A DNA stretch of 63,827 nucleotides, the filler included, from Octopus bimaculoides (lineage: Eukaryota): assembly GCF_001194135.2 (NCBI RefSeq). It is 5 parts of 5 records of this genome, joined end to end, with 100 filler letters (N's around TTAATTAATTAA, not from the genome) between each part and the next. Parts side by side here need not be neighbours in the genome. Positions count along the whole stretch, not along the records: positions 1 to 16,577 come from NC_069010.1; 4 more parts are not named here. The stretch is one strand, 5' to 3'. The notes under the pieces were generated by a model. That model ran no database searches and had not been told where the DNA came from. It saw only the letters and a program-made list of their open reading frames with translations. The position numbers and the translations under genes are program-made. Position 1 is the first letter of the stretch, and each line of letters begins with the position of its first letter. Shown one piece after another: positions 1 to 12,729 of the stretch.

Positions 1-75
1 ATATAGGGTGAAAGGCGACAACAACATGTGGGTGAATGTGTTAGTGTTCGATTGGTGTCAAGTCTTTATTTTGTG

Positions 76-158
76 TTGATTTATAGCATGGAATACTGAA
101 TCAGGTAGACAGAGGGTGATGCCTGTACGAGATGTCTTCATGGAAATGTCAGTAATGG
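76..158 (-). pseudogene. C2CD3: Truncated duplicate of the next C2CD3 exon (5' part only)
   Basis: cttaccag| encodes ITDISMKTSRTGITLCLPDSVFHAINQH, then runs into a second copy of upstream intron sequence (1-75 = 190-264) and reaches TGA. Confidence 0.65.
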
Positions 159-3100
159 CTGGTAAGAAGAGACACAAAAACACACAGAGATATAGGGTGA
201 AAGGCGACAACAACATGTGGGTGGATGTGTTAGTGTTCGATTGGTGTCAAGTCTTTATTTTGTGAGCAATACCACCATTGGTTACAGATGTTCAATGGAC
301 CAATCAAAGGTTCACTGAATGTCTGGAGGTGAGGAGAAACACAGATGTGAAGGTGCGTGGCACAGTGGTTAAGGTGTTCAACTCATGATCATATAAGGTC
401 GTGAGTTCAATTTCCAGCTGCATATTGTGCCCTTGATCAGGATGCTTTATTTCATGTTGCTCCAGTCCAATCGGTTGAAAGAAATTAGTACCTGTAATTC
501 AGAGGACCAGCCTCGTCACATCCTGAGTTACACTTAATCTCCCTGAGAGTTATGCTTAAGGTGTATGTCTGTGGGGTACTCAGCCACTTGCTTTTAATTT
601 CATGAGCAGGCTGCCCCATTGATCGGACCAACTGGAACACTCGTCATCATAACCAACTAAGTTTCAGTTATATATATATATACATACATATATATATATA
701 CATATATAAACCCGTGGAAGAGGCAGGCCCAGGAAGACCTGGGCTGAGGTGGTGAAGCAAGACCTTCGTACATTGGGCCTCACCGAGGCGATGACTACTG
801 ACCGAGACCTTTGGAAATGTGTTGTGCGTGAGAAGACCCGGCAAGCCAAGTAAGATCGTTGCCAGTGCCCCTGGACTGGTTCTTGTGCGGGTGGCACATG
901 AGATGCACCATTTTGAGCGTGGCCGTTGCCAGTACCGCCTGACTGGCTCCCGTAGGATTTTCGAGCNNNNNNNNNNNNNNNNNNNNNNNNNNNNNNNNNN
1001 NNNNNNNNNNNNNNNNNNNNNNNNNATATATATATATACATATATAAACCCGTGGAAGAGGCAGGCCCAGGAAGACCTGGGCTGAGGTGGTGAAGCAAGA
1101 CCTTCGTACATTGGGCCTCACCGAGGCGATGACTACTGACCGAGACCTTTGGAAATGTGTTGTGCGTGAGAAGACCCGGCAAGCCAAGTAAGATCGTTGC
1201 CAGTGCCCCTGGACTGGCTTGTGCGGGTGGCACATAAAAGACACCATTTCGAGCGTGGCCGTTTTCGTGCGGGTGACACGTAAAAGCACCCACTACACTC
1301 TCTGAGTGGTTGGCGTCAGGAAGGGCATCCAGCTGTAGAAACTCTGCCAAATTTAGATTGGAGCCTGGTGTTGCCATCCGGTTTCACCAGTCCTCAGTCA
1401 AATCGTCCAACCCATGCTAGCATGGAAAGCGGACGTTAAACGATGATGATGATGATGATGATATATATATATATTTACACTTTATTTGTGTATTAAGTCT
1501 ACCATTGGTTTCATGTTAAGAAATATCTCAACAATTCTTAAAGCCGATCACATAGGAAAGATTGGTGTTTGGGCTCATTTTCGATTAAAACATGAAAAAT
1601 CATAAGAACTCACAAAGTCTTGCAAAACTTTTTGGTAAGCAAAAACAAGAAATCAAGAAAGCAGATGTTGTGTGTATCTTTCCTTGAACGGGTTGCCCAT
1701 CATTGCAATATATGCTTTCGTTACTCTGTTGGAGTCTGTTATTTTGGCCTTACATACAAGTTCTTTTACCAGACAGCTATCATTAAGGGGACAGCAGTTC
1801 AGAGATCTACAATTATAATGTGTTTCTGGGGTATTCTTGGTCGAGTTGTTTTTATTGGGATTGAATATTATCAACCTCATATTGGGGGAGGCAGCTATAG
1901 CTAACTTTAACAGTGTTGCTATTGAAGATATTATAGTATTTGTGAGAGTGTGGGAACACCCCTAACCACTAAACCACACACTTTCACACAGGTGGCTATT
2001 TAACAGAAAGTAAACCTTACTTACATCCAGTTTCCTTGGAACTCGCAGAGTGTGATGCTTGAGCGGTTGACTGAGTTGGGAAACTGTACTGCACAAAGCA
2101 ATCCGCTTCTCCATAGACCATTTCTTCTAAATGTTGAAGGTTATGAATGTCTTCCACAACCACTTCAAAGACATGTTCTACAAAACCAAATAAATGTGCT
2201 TTTATAAAATGTTTCGTTTCTTTTTGGACAGACTTTGTACAATATCTTATGAGATAACAGTGAGTAAAAATAGGCGCAGGAGTGGCTGTGTGGTAAGTAG
2301 CTTGCTTACCAACCACATGGTTCCGGGTTCAGTCCCACTGCGTGGCACCTTGGGCAAGTGTCTTCTACTATAGCCTCGGGCCGACCAAAGCCTTGTGAGT
2401 GGATGTGGTAGACGGAAACTGAAAGAAGACTGTTGCATATATGTATATATATATATATATATACATGCGTGTGTGTATATGTTTGTGTGTCTGTGTTTGT
2501 CCCCCCAACATCGCTTGACAACTGACGCTGGTGTGTTTACGTCCCCGTAACTTAGCAGTTCGGCAAAAGAGACCGATAGAATAAGTACTAGNNNNNNNNN
2601 NTGCGTGGCACCTTGGGCAAGTGTCTTCTACTATAGCCTCGGGCCGACCAAAGCCTTGTGAGTGGATGTGGTAGACGGAAACTGAAAGAAGACTGTTGCA
2701 TATATGTATATATATATATATATATACATGCGTGTGTGTATATGTTTGTGTGTCTGTGTTTGTCCCCCCAACATCGCTTGACAACTGACGCTGGTGTGTT
2801 TACGTCCCCGTAACTTAGCAGTTCGGCAAAAGAGACCGATAGAATAAGTACTAGGCTTACAAAGAATAAGTCTTGGGGTCGATTTGCTCAACTAAAGGCG
2901 GTGCTCCAGCATGGCCACAGTCCAATGAGTAAAACAAGTAAAAGATAAAAGAAGACAGCTATAGAGTAAAAATCACCAAAACTTACCAATATAATCTTTA
3001 CAAAAACTTTCATCAGCGATTGTTGAGGAACTGGTGTTTCTAGCAAAGAAGATAACAATCAAAGTTATTTGTCATTCGGATGTGTTATAATCATCAACAT

Positions 3101-4781
3101 CATAACAATCAGTGTATTAGATACACACACACACATCACAGTATATGGCCACAGTTAAGAGTGGTTAAGAGCGTGGGCTACTAACCCCAAGATTCCAAGG
3201 CAGTGACCTGAATAATAATAATAATAATAACAACAACATTGAAAAATACCTTAGGAATGAGAACCCAGGTTAGAAATTTCCCCAAGACACCTGGTGAAAG
3301 CTGGAGAGTATATCAGCCGAAACGTTGTGTTAACAACAAACAAGATGAGGACAAATATCCATCAAATGTAAATAATAAAAATGATGCGAAATAAAAATAA
3401 AAAACAAAAGGACACACTTACATCAGAGATTGGTGACGATTGGGGAATTGTTGGCGCAAAAAAGACGAGCGTCTTTCAATTGTGACTTGCTGTAGCGTGG
3501 ACACCTGGTAACATATAAATTACACAGTCAAAACAGGAATAAGTAATCATAAATGGTTTCAAATTTTGGCACAGGGGCAAGGCCAGTAATTTCGAGGGGA
3601 GGGGGAGCAATAAATTACATCGACTCCAGTATTCAACTGGTATTCGTTTTATTGACCTTGAAACGATGAAAGATAAGGTTGACCTCGGTGGAATTTGAAC
3701 TCTGAATGTAAAGACAGATGAAATGCTGCTAAGCATTTTGCCTGGCGTGCTAACGATTCTGCCAGCTTACCACCACCATAACATACTGAGCACAATAAAT
3801 GATAAAATATATAAAAACAACAAAAAAAAACCGAAGAAATGTTGTATCATTTACCTGTTCTATAGATCCCATCGCCAATAATACCTTCAGCTGTCCATGT
3901 TGGTAGTTGGTGAGAGGGTCCACAATAGGCATATAGCCATCGTGGGCTACAATAGGGTACTGTGGAGAGAGGAAATATATAAAAGAGACATAGGTGAAAC
4001 AAAATATATTTTGTTGGACCAATGATTATGGATTAAATGTCTATATAAAACGTGTGTGTGTGTGTGCGGTTCAAATTTACAGAAAACAAAAGATAGGTGA
4101 GGGAACAACAAGAGGCAGGTGTANNNNNNNNNNNNNNNNNNNNNNNNNNNNNNNNNNNNNNNNNNNNNNNNNNNNNNNNNNNNNNNNNNNGAATAGATAA
4201 GTCTTTGATGTTTCAAGCCTATGCTCTTTGACAGAAAGAGATGAGTGGGGGAAAAAATGGAGAGAGGGAGAGAAAAAAAAACAGAGAGAGAAAAACTGTT
4301 GGTATTGAAAATGTGCTTTCTTCCAGCTCTAAGGGTTTTTAACTCTTATTTCTAGCAATATAGGTGCTACCGGGCGTTGTGAGTGTTTATTGAGCAAAAA
4401 TACCTAAAGCTCCACAAGGCTCCTGCAGGGGATGGTGGCGAACCCTGCTGTACTCTTTCACCACAACTTTCTCTCACTCTTTCTTCTTGTTTCTGTTGTG
4501 CCTGTAATTCAAAGGGGTCAGCCTTGTCACACTCTGTGTCACGTTGAATCTCCCCGAGAAGTATGTTAAGGGTGCATGTGTCTGTGGAGTGCTCAGCCAC
4601 TCTATAGGTTACGCAAGGTGGAGAATTTGGGGAGATTTCTGAAAAAATGAAATAAAAATTAGCAAAAACGTAAAGTATAAACAACTTACTGGAGACTTCA
4701 GCAATGTTGACACGATTCTCTGGTTACGAAGGGAGAGGTAGAATTGGTGGAGACTCAGCTTTACCACACCAATTAACTGCC

Positions 4782-4817
<36 letters not shown>

Positions 4818-7800
4818 CAACATCATCATCATTTTAACATGCACTTTTCCATACCCACCTAAGCAGACGGAGTTTATTGAGGCAGATTTTCTATGGCCAG
4901 ATGCCTTTCCTGTCACCAACTCTCACCTGTTTTCAAGCAAAATAATATCTACCCTGGAGGAGGAGGAGGAGAGGAAAATCCCTTCTATTGAAAGCACAAT
5001 GCCTGAAATTTTTGGGGAGGGGTCTAGTCCAGTAGTTTCCAACTTTCTCATAGTGGTTACAAACCCCTTTATTTAAATGAGTTTTCCCCCACGCCCCCTC
5101 CCCTTGATATGCTTATCCTTATATATATGAAATTTTGAATTTAGTTCACAGACACCCAGTACTACCCTTGCAAACCACTAGGGGTCTGTGGACCCCAGGT
5201 TAGGAACCACTGGTCTAGTTAATTACATCAAACCCATTGCAACTTATTTCGTGAATCCCCAAAAATCAATTTTGGTGGAATTTGAACTGAGAACATAAAG
5301 ATGNNNNNNNNNNNNNNNNNNNNNNNNNNNNNNNNNNNNNNNNNNNNNNNNNNNNNNNNNNNNNNNNNNNNNNNNNNNNNNNNNNNNNNNNNNNNNNNNN
5401 NNNNNNNNNNNNNNNNNNNNNNNNNNNNNNNNNNNNNNNNNNNNNNNNNNNNNNNNNNNNNNNNNNNNNNNNNNNNNNNNNNNNNNNNNNNNNNNNNNNN
5501 NNNNNNNNNNNNNNNNNNNNNNNNNNNNNNNNNNNNNNNNNNNNNNNNNNNNNNNNNNNNNNNNNNNNNNNNNNNNNNNCCAAAACAAAGTGGTTGCAAA
5601 ACAAGCTTCTTAACTGCACAATAACAAGACACAACAAGCCTCTAAAAACTCACCTTGTCATCAGACACTTCCAGTGATGTCGTCGTTTTATTCCAGACCT
5701 CTATAATTAGGTAATTGTTGCGAATTCTCTCCAAAAAGTTGGCTGTGACAAGAACTGGTGAAACCTGTTAGGATGAGTAAAAAAATACTTGATATATCAC
5801 GTTTATTATCATCATTTTAACATCCCTTTTTCCATTTTTGCAGGGTCAGATGGAATTTGTTGAAGCAGATTTTCTACAGCTGGATGCCCTTCCTGTCACC
5901 AATCCTTATCTGTTTCTAAGTAAGGTATGGTTTAGCTGAAGACTATAAATCCCAAAGGGCCACTTGTAAAAGCAACGAAAAAGCTTTTTGGAACACACAA
6001 AAATTTTAAAAAATTTTAAATGAGTGGAAATTGAACCAGAGTGTGTGTTAAATATATTAAGGCAATATGACGCTTTACATTATTTACATTTGGCGGATAT
6101 TTGTCCTCATCTTGTTAATTGTTAACACAACATTTAGGCTGATATACTCTCCAGCCTTCATCAGGTGTCTTGGGGAAATTCCAAACCTGGGTTTTCATTC
6201 CAAAGGTATTTTTCAATGTTGTTGTTATTATTATTATTATTATCATTATTATTATTATTATTAATATATAAAGGATTGAGGTAACTCCTCCAGAGGACTC
6301 TATATCTTCTCAATCCTTACCTCAAATGGTGCTTTTTATGTGCCGGTGGCACATAAAAAGCTACATTTGAGCATGATTGTTACCAGCGTTGCCTTACTGG
6401 CACTTGTGCCGCACTTGTGCCGGTGGCATGTGAACAAAATATTCAAGCGAGGTAGTTGCCAGCGCCACTGGACTGACTCCTGTACAGGTGGCACATAAAA
6501 ACACCATTTTAGCGTGGCCGTTGCCAGTACCACCAGACTGGCCCTCGTGCTGGTGGCACGTAAAAGCACCCACTACACTCTCTGAGTGGTTGGCATTAGG
6601 AAGGGCAACCAGCTGTAGAAACTCTGCCAGATCTGATTGGAGTCTGGTNNNNNNNNNNAACCAGCTGTAGAAACTCTGCCAGATCTGATTGGAGTCTGGT
6701 GCAGCCATCTGGTTCACCAGTCCTCCGTCAAGTCGTCCAACCCATGCCAGCATGGAAAGCGGACGTTAAACGATGATGATGATGATGATACATTATGTAT
6801 GGCACACAGATGACTATTTTAATCCAATGTATTAGAATGTTCTGTGTACCTGAATGAAATCATATTGAGGATTGTTTGTGTGCCAGCATATACTGGATCT
6901 GACCTTCTGCTCACACCAAAACATGCGACAGACCAAGTAGCTGTTTCTAGTGGCAGGAGGAAGATTTGAACCTGCAAGAGGAAAAGAAAACAACAGGGTG
7001 AAGACATACAAAAACAACAAACAATAATTGTAGAATGCACACACACATAAATTGTGACAAAAGTTTGGTGGAAGATTTTAATTCAAAACTTATGAAAACA
7101 AGACATTTGTACTACAGAGAGCCAGAGGTGGTTTCAACCAGGTTGGTATCAAAAGGGTTAAGAATTGTTTCTCTATTATATATTTTAACCCTTTTGTTAA
7201 CATATTTCTGTTGAGATGCTCTGTGTTTCTTTCAATTAATTTTACATATAACAAAGAATTTAGTAAAATAACTTAGTTATCATTAAACTAGTGTTAGGAA
7301 CATAAATTGTGACTAAGGTTTGGCGGAAGATTTTAATTCAAAACTTTTGAAAACAAAACATTTGTGCTACAGAACCAGAGGTGGTTTCAGCCAGGTTGGT
7401 ATCAAAAGAATTATAAATATCATGGTGATTTTAACCCTTGTGTTAGCATATTTCTGTTGAGATGCTCTGTGTTTCTTTCAATTAATTTTAAATATAGCAA
7501 AGAATTTAGTAAAATAACTTAGTTATCATTAAGCTAGTGTTAGGAACATAAATTGTGACTAAGGTTTGGTGGAAGATTTTAATTCAAAACTTATGAAAAC
7601 AAGACATTTGTACTCAGAGCCAGAGGTGGCTTTAACCAGGTTGGTATCAAAAGAGTTAAAAACTGTACTCTGTGCAGACTTTTAAGCTAGCTCCTGTGGA
7701 GGGCTAATTGGGCTGCTGCCCAAAACTAACGAGAGAAATAATAATAATAAAGCGTTTATTGGTACCCTACCAATATAGTATTACTTTAAATTCAGTTTGA

Positions 7801-10800
7801 ATGAAAAACTTGTAAGTTTATGAATTTCTGGGGTTCTTTTAAAATTTAAATTTTCAACTGTTAACATACAATAAACCCTCGTCCAGGCCTGATCCCAATG
7901 CTGGATGTTCAAGAACCAAACAAAGGGCAGATTTTCAAACCTGGGATCATCCTGATTCCAAAAAAGATATATGTCGTGTAGACTGAGATACAAGGGTCCT
8001 GGACAGACGGACAGACAGAATTTCATGTCTGTTATTACAGATGGTGTTCACACAATTTTTGTCTACCACATTTACTTACAAGGCCCTGAACTATAGAAGA
8101 AACTTGCCCAAGGTGCCACACAGTGTGATGGAACCCAGAATCAAATGGTTGTAAAGCAAGCTTCTTAACCCTACAGCCATGTCTGCACCCATGAAGAAAA
8201 TAAAAAAAATCAAATATAAAAGGGTATAAATACCTCGTCCGTCACCCCCTCCTCTTTCTTGAACAACAGCTGCAGCAGCAATGGGGTTCGTTTTGGTAGA
8301 GGTTGTGTCAAAGGTCATCTTGCGACCTTCACTCACGATAAGAATGGAATGGACAGCTAATGTCTGCTGTAGAGTAAAAGACAAGAGAGGTTAGTGGTGG
8401 GGATTGGTGAGAGGTGGCAGAGAAAAAGAGGGTCATGGAAAGTGGGCACGAGAAAGGGGACATGGATATGAGACACAATAAAGGGAGATGAGAGTGGACA
8501 CAAAAAAAAATGGAACATGCCAAGATAAACAGATTTTGGCAACAGAAACGACATCTAGCCAGAGAAAATCTGCCCAAAAATGCTGCAGCCACCCCAAGCA
8601 AGCATAGGAAAGTGAACATGATGATAATGATGATGATGACGATGACTCCTGTCCCAGCAACCTAACCAATCAAAAGTCTTGATTCTGAACAAGACTCTTG
8701 GTCTCTCTGCAGAATTGCATGAACAAGAAAACAGGTTTTGCTGGTCTGTTCTTCATCAACATCAACATTATCAACATTATTTTTGTCCCTTTTTTTTATT
8801 CCATGTTTACATGGATTGGATAAATCTAACTCATACGGTAGAAGTCGTGGAAGCCCTGGAAGACATAGGATGAAGTATTAAAGGCTGAGTCCTATGAAAG
8901 AGATAACAGGGGATCGAGATATGTGGCACATTGCTGTACTCAAGAAGACCTGCCCACCACAGCAGAATTGATATCCTAAAATCAAGGTGCCACATAAAAA
9001 GCACTCGTGATGATGTCACATATAAAGCCACCCAATACACTCTGTAAAGTGGTTGGCACTAGGAGGAGCATCCGGCTGTATAAACCGAGCCGAAACAGAC
9101 CATGGAATCTAGTGTGGGCCGTGGACTGGACAGCTCCTGTCAAGCCATCCAACCCATGCCAGCATGGAAAACGGATGTTAAATGTTCATGATGATGTTGA
9201 CAATGATGATGATATACATGTTCAGCAAAATCGAGGATCTGTCAAGCCCTCACCCACAACCCATCATCAGTTTCCTTTACTTCCACTGCCACTGAACTGA
9301 CATCCTCTACATCCAATGCATTCCTTGTCTTTCACTATTTTCTTTCAGTGCACTTTTCTACACATCTGCCTTTTCTGTTCTTCTATGCCATTCCATGTCT
9401 CATATTCACCTCATACCTGGACACCTCATTTCTCTCACTTTCTAGACCATGTACTCATCTCTTCAATAAGACACTGGGTTCTCTCCACCATCATAGTTTT
9501 TTACACCATTCTATACCCAACTCAGTTGAGGGGTCTTATCTTGCAGGTGCCTGCCAAACTCAGTGGTGCCGGTGCCACATAAAAAGCATCCAGTACACTC
9601 TGGCTTTAGGAAGGGCATCCAGTTGTAGAAACCATGTCAAAGTAGACACAGAACATAGTGAAGCCCCCTGGCTCGTCTGTTCTTGTCAAACTGTCCAACC
9701 CCCTGCCAGCATGGAAAAATGGACGTGAAATGATGATGATGATGCATGTACACAGGCAGTCACACACACACACACACAAACAGATGATCAATCAACAGAA
9801 CTTACATCTTGTACATCTGGATAATGCTGTGACATTGAAGATGAGTTTGCTTGGACAGTAGTGGTAGCGGTGGTAGCAGTGGTGGCCAGCAACGGAGCAT
9901 CATTGGTGCTAGATATGTACTGAGGAAACTGGCGTTCGCGTGGCTCTGCAACAGTTTCTAGGTGACAGTCAGATTTCAAACCAGCTTCTCTCCTCTCGGC
10001 CAGAATATCTGCTTCACAGGTAATGTCAGCTGCAACAGAAACACGAGATATTTTATGACGACAAATCTTACAATGCTGGATATAATATAAAGATGATATA
10101 ATGTTGTCGCAGTAATTTGAAACTGAATCCCTGGATATACAATCACACATCACAAGCAAGTCACCATAGTTTCATGCTGATTGGTTTATTAACCAACCAA
10201 TCACCATGAAGCAATGGCATGGACAGATTTTCTCAAACATTCTAGAATCTGATTTCTGACTCCCTATAAAAAAAACCTTAAATGTGCGCTTTTACCAGCA
10301 AGAAGACCCAGGATGGCAGCTAAGACAGATGGTACAAATAGATGACAGGAACCATTAACCACAAATGTAACATAAATGTTGCTGTATCAATAGCTTGTGG
10401 TAAATTCCAACCATGACTCTCCCCCAGTATGTAATTATTGCTATTGTTATCTGTAAAAGGCCAACACAGTTTGTCTCTATGTGTGATAATAAAATCTTCT
10501 GCTAAATGTAGAAACCATGCTACAGCAGACAATTGGAATGTGGACAGCTCCCAGCTGGTCGGCTCCATGTCAAACCATCCAACCCATGTCAGCATGGAAA
10601 GCAGACGTTAAATGATGATGATACAAAAATTATATGACAAACATTATGACGAGTGTTACAACAAATGTAATGACAGATAATATAACTATTATAACTAATA
10701 TATATATATATATATATATGTGTGTATATATATATCATCATCATCATCATCATCATCATCATCGTTTAACGTCCGCTTTCCATGCTAGCATGGGTTGGAC

Positions 10801-12683
10801 GATTTGACTGAGGACTGGTGAAACCGGATGGCAACACCAGGCTCCAATCTAATTTGGCAGAGTTTCTACAGCTGGATGCCCTTCCTAACGCCAACCACTC
10901 AGAGAGTGTAGTGGGTGCTTTTACGTGTCACCCGCACGAAGGCCAGTCAGGCTGTACTGGCATCGGCCACGCTCATCTCGTTCGAGAAACCTCATGNNNN
11001 NNNNNNNNNNNNNNNNNGCACAAGAGCCAGTCCAGGGGCACCAGCAACGATCTTGCTCGAAAATCCTACAACAACCCCACACAAGAGCCAGTTCAGGGGC
11101 ACCGGCAACGATCTCGCTCGAAGAAATTTTATGTGTCACCAGCACAAGAGCCAGTCCAGGGGCAATGGCAACGATCTCGCTCCAAAAACCTCATGTGTCA
11201 CCCGCACAAGAGCCAGCCCAGGGGCACCGGCAACAATCCCGCTCGGAAGATTTCATGTGTCGCCCGCACATGAGCCAGTCCAGGAGCACCGGCAACGATC
11301 CCGCTCGAAAGATTTCATGTGTCGCCCGCACATGAGCCAGTCCAGGGGCACCGGCAACGATCCCGCTCGAAAGATATATATATATTATATAAAGAGTGAG
11401 GGTGAAATGTGTTAAAAACCTGTTGTTCTGTTTGGTTGACTTTCAGTTACTTCTGCAAGTAGACTGTCTTTCTTGCCATGGAAATTGACTGGAATGTAGA
11501 GGGTGTCACCACTGTACTCAACTAGTCTGGTGTTTGATAAGGCAGCAGAGAAATTTGAGGCATCAGAGCCAATCTCAACAGTGACCTGTAGACGAGGAAC
11601 AGATTGAGGTGGTCACAAAGAACAGTAAGTGTACATGTGTGTGTGTATGGGTGTGTGAAAGTGTGAATGCATATACATACATACATACATATAAATATAG
11701 GAAAATATATACATATTGGGAGAATTCACAAAAGAACAAAAAGACAAAGACAGGTGGTGTAGAAAACAAATAGATGTATTAGTATAACGCTCGGGAAGTG
11801 AAAAAGTCTCTTATGATACTTATTCAAACCCCCAAAGAATCCCTCTCAACACATGGCCACAATGCTCCTCCATTATTCCTGCTCATCATCAGAGGTGCAT
11901 ATATTGTCAGCCACTAATGGACATGCTCAAGTGGTCAAGGTCAAGCAAATGACAAGCAAATCTGTGGTATTCAGCGGAATATTTGCTATAATGATATTTC
12001 TGCTCGAGCAACTCAGAGCTGACTGTCTGAAATGTAATGGGAAATAGGTCAGTTTGAAAACATCGATGTCCTGGTCACAAAAGCAAAGTTTGAAGGGAAT
12101 AGTAGTCATTTCCTTTACGTTTATTCAAAACCCCAAAGAATCCCTCTCAACACATGGCCACAATGCTCCTCCACTATTCCTGCTCATCATCAGAGATGCA
12201 CATATTGTCAGCCACTAATGGCCATGCTCAAATGGTTATGGTCAAGCAACTGACAAGCAAATGTTCTACTATAGCCCCAGGTCAACCAAAGCCTTGTGAG
12301 TGGATCTGGAAGACCAAAGCTGAAAGAAGTCTATCATATATGTGATTCAAATGAAATTTGACTGCTATTTCTAACACATTAAGTGGCCTCATACAGGTTT
12401 CCCTCATTAGTTTGTGGTGGTGGTGGTGGTGGTGGTGGTGGTGGTAGTGGTAATGTGTGTGTGTGTGTTGGAGTGAGGGGTTATCCACTCACCTTCAGCT
12501 CCCCAATGGTAGGCAGTTTCTTTGACGACGTGTTCCGTCGTCTCGCAGACTTCAAAGAGGTCCCTGGTTTGCATACAGCAAGGTACTTGTTGAGACACAG
12601 GCTGCTGGCCTTCAGGACGGACTTCAGGGATAACTGACAACTACCAACGTGGGTCAGCTGGAATAAAACAAGGAAACATGAAG

Positions 12684-12729
<46 letters not shown>

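Noticed and set aside
2273-2345. tRNA-like sequences here and at 36315, 36836, 38952 and 14075-14150
   Set aside because: They lack a complete acceptor stem and continue into repeated SINE bodies, so they are SINE heads and not tRNA genes.
700-2850. Apparent tandem duplications flanking tiny gaps (700-966/1040-1200 and 2332-2591/2602-2852; also 6608-6648/6659-6700)
   Set aside because: Identical sequence on both sides of short N runs is the typical signature of unmerged contig overlaps.
7781-8026. Minus-strand ORF with a good acceptor (PLYLSLHDIYLFWNQDDPRFENLPFVW...) inside C2CD3
   Set aside because: The conserved C2CD3 motif is supplied by the 6850-6971 exon, which already joins 8234-8366 in phase. 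No convincing donor or homology was found here.
11018-11374. CRISPR-like appearance of regularly spaced repeats
   Set aside because: The context is eukaryotic, the spacers are not unique, there are no cas genes, and the unit derives from the RTE 3' UTR.
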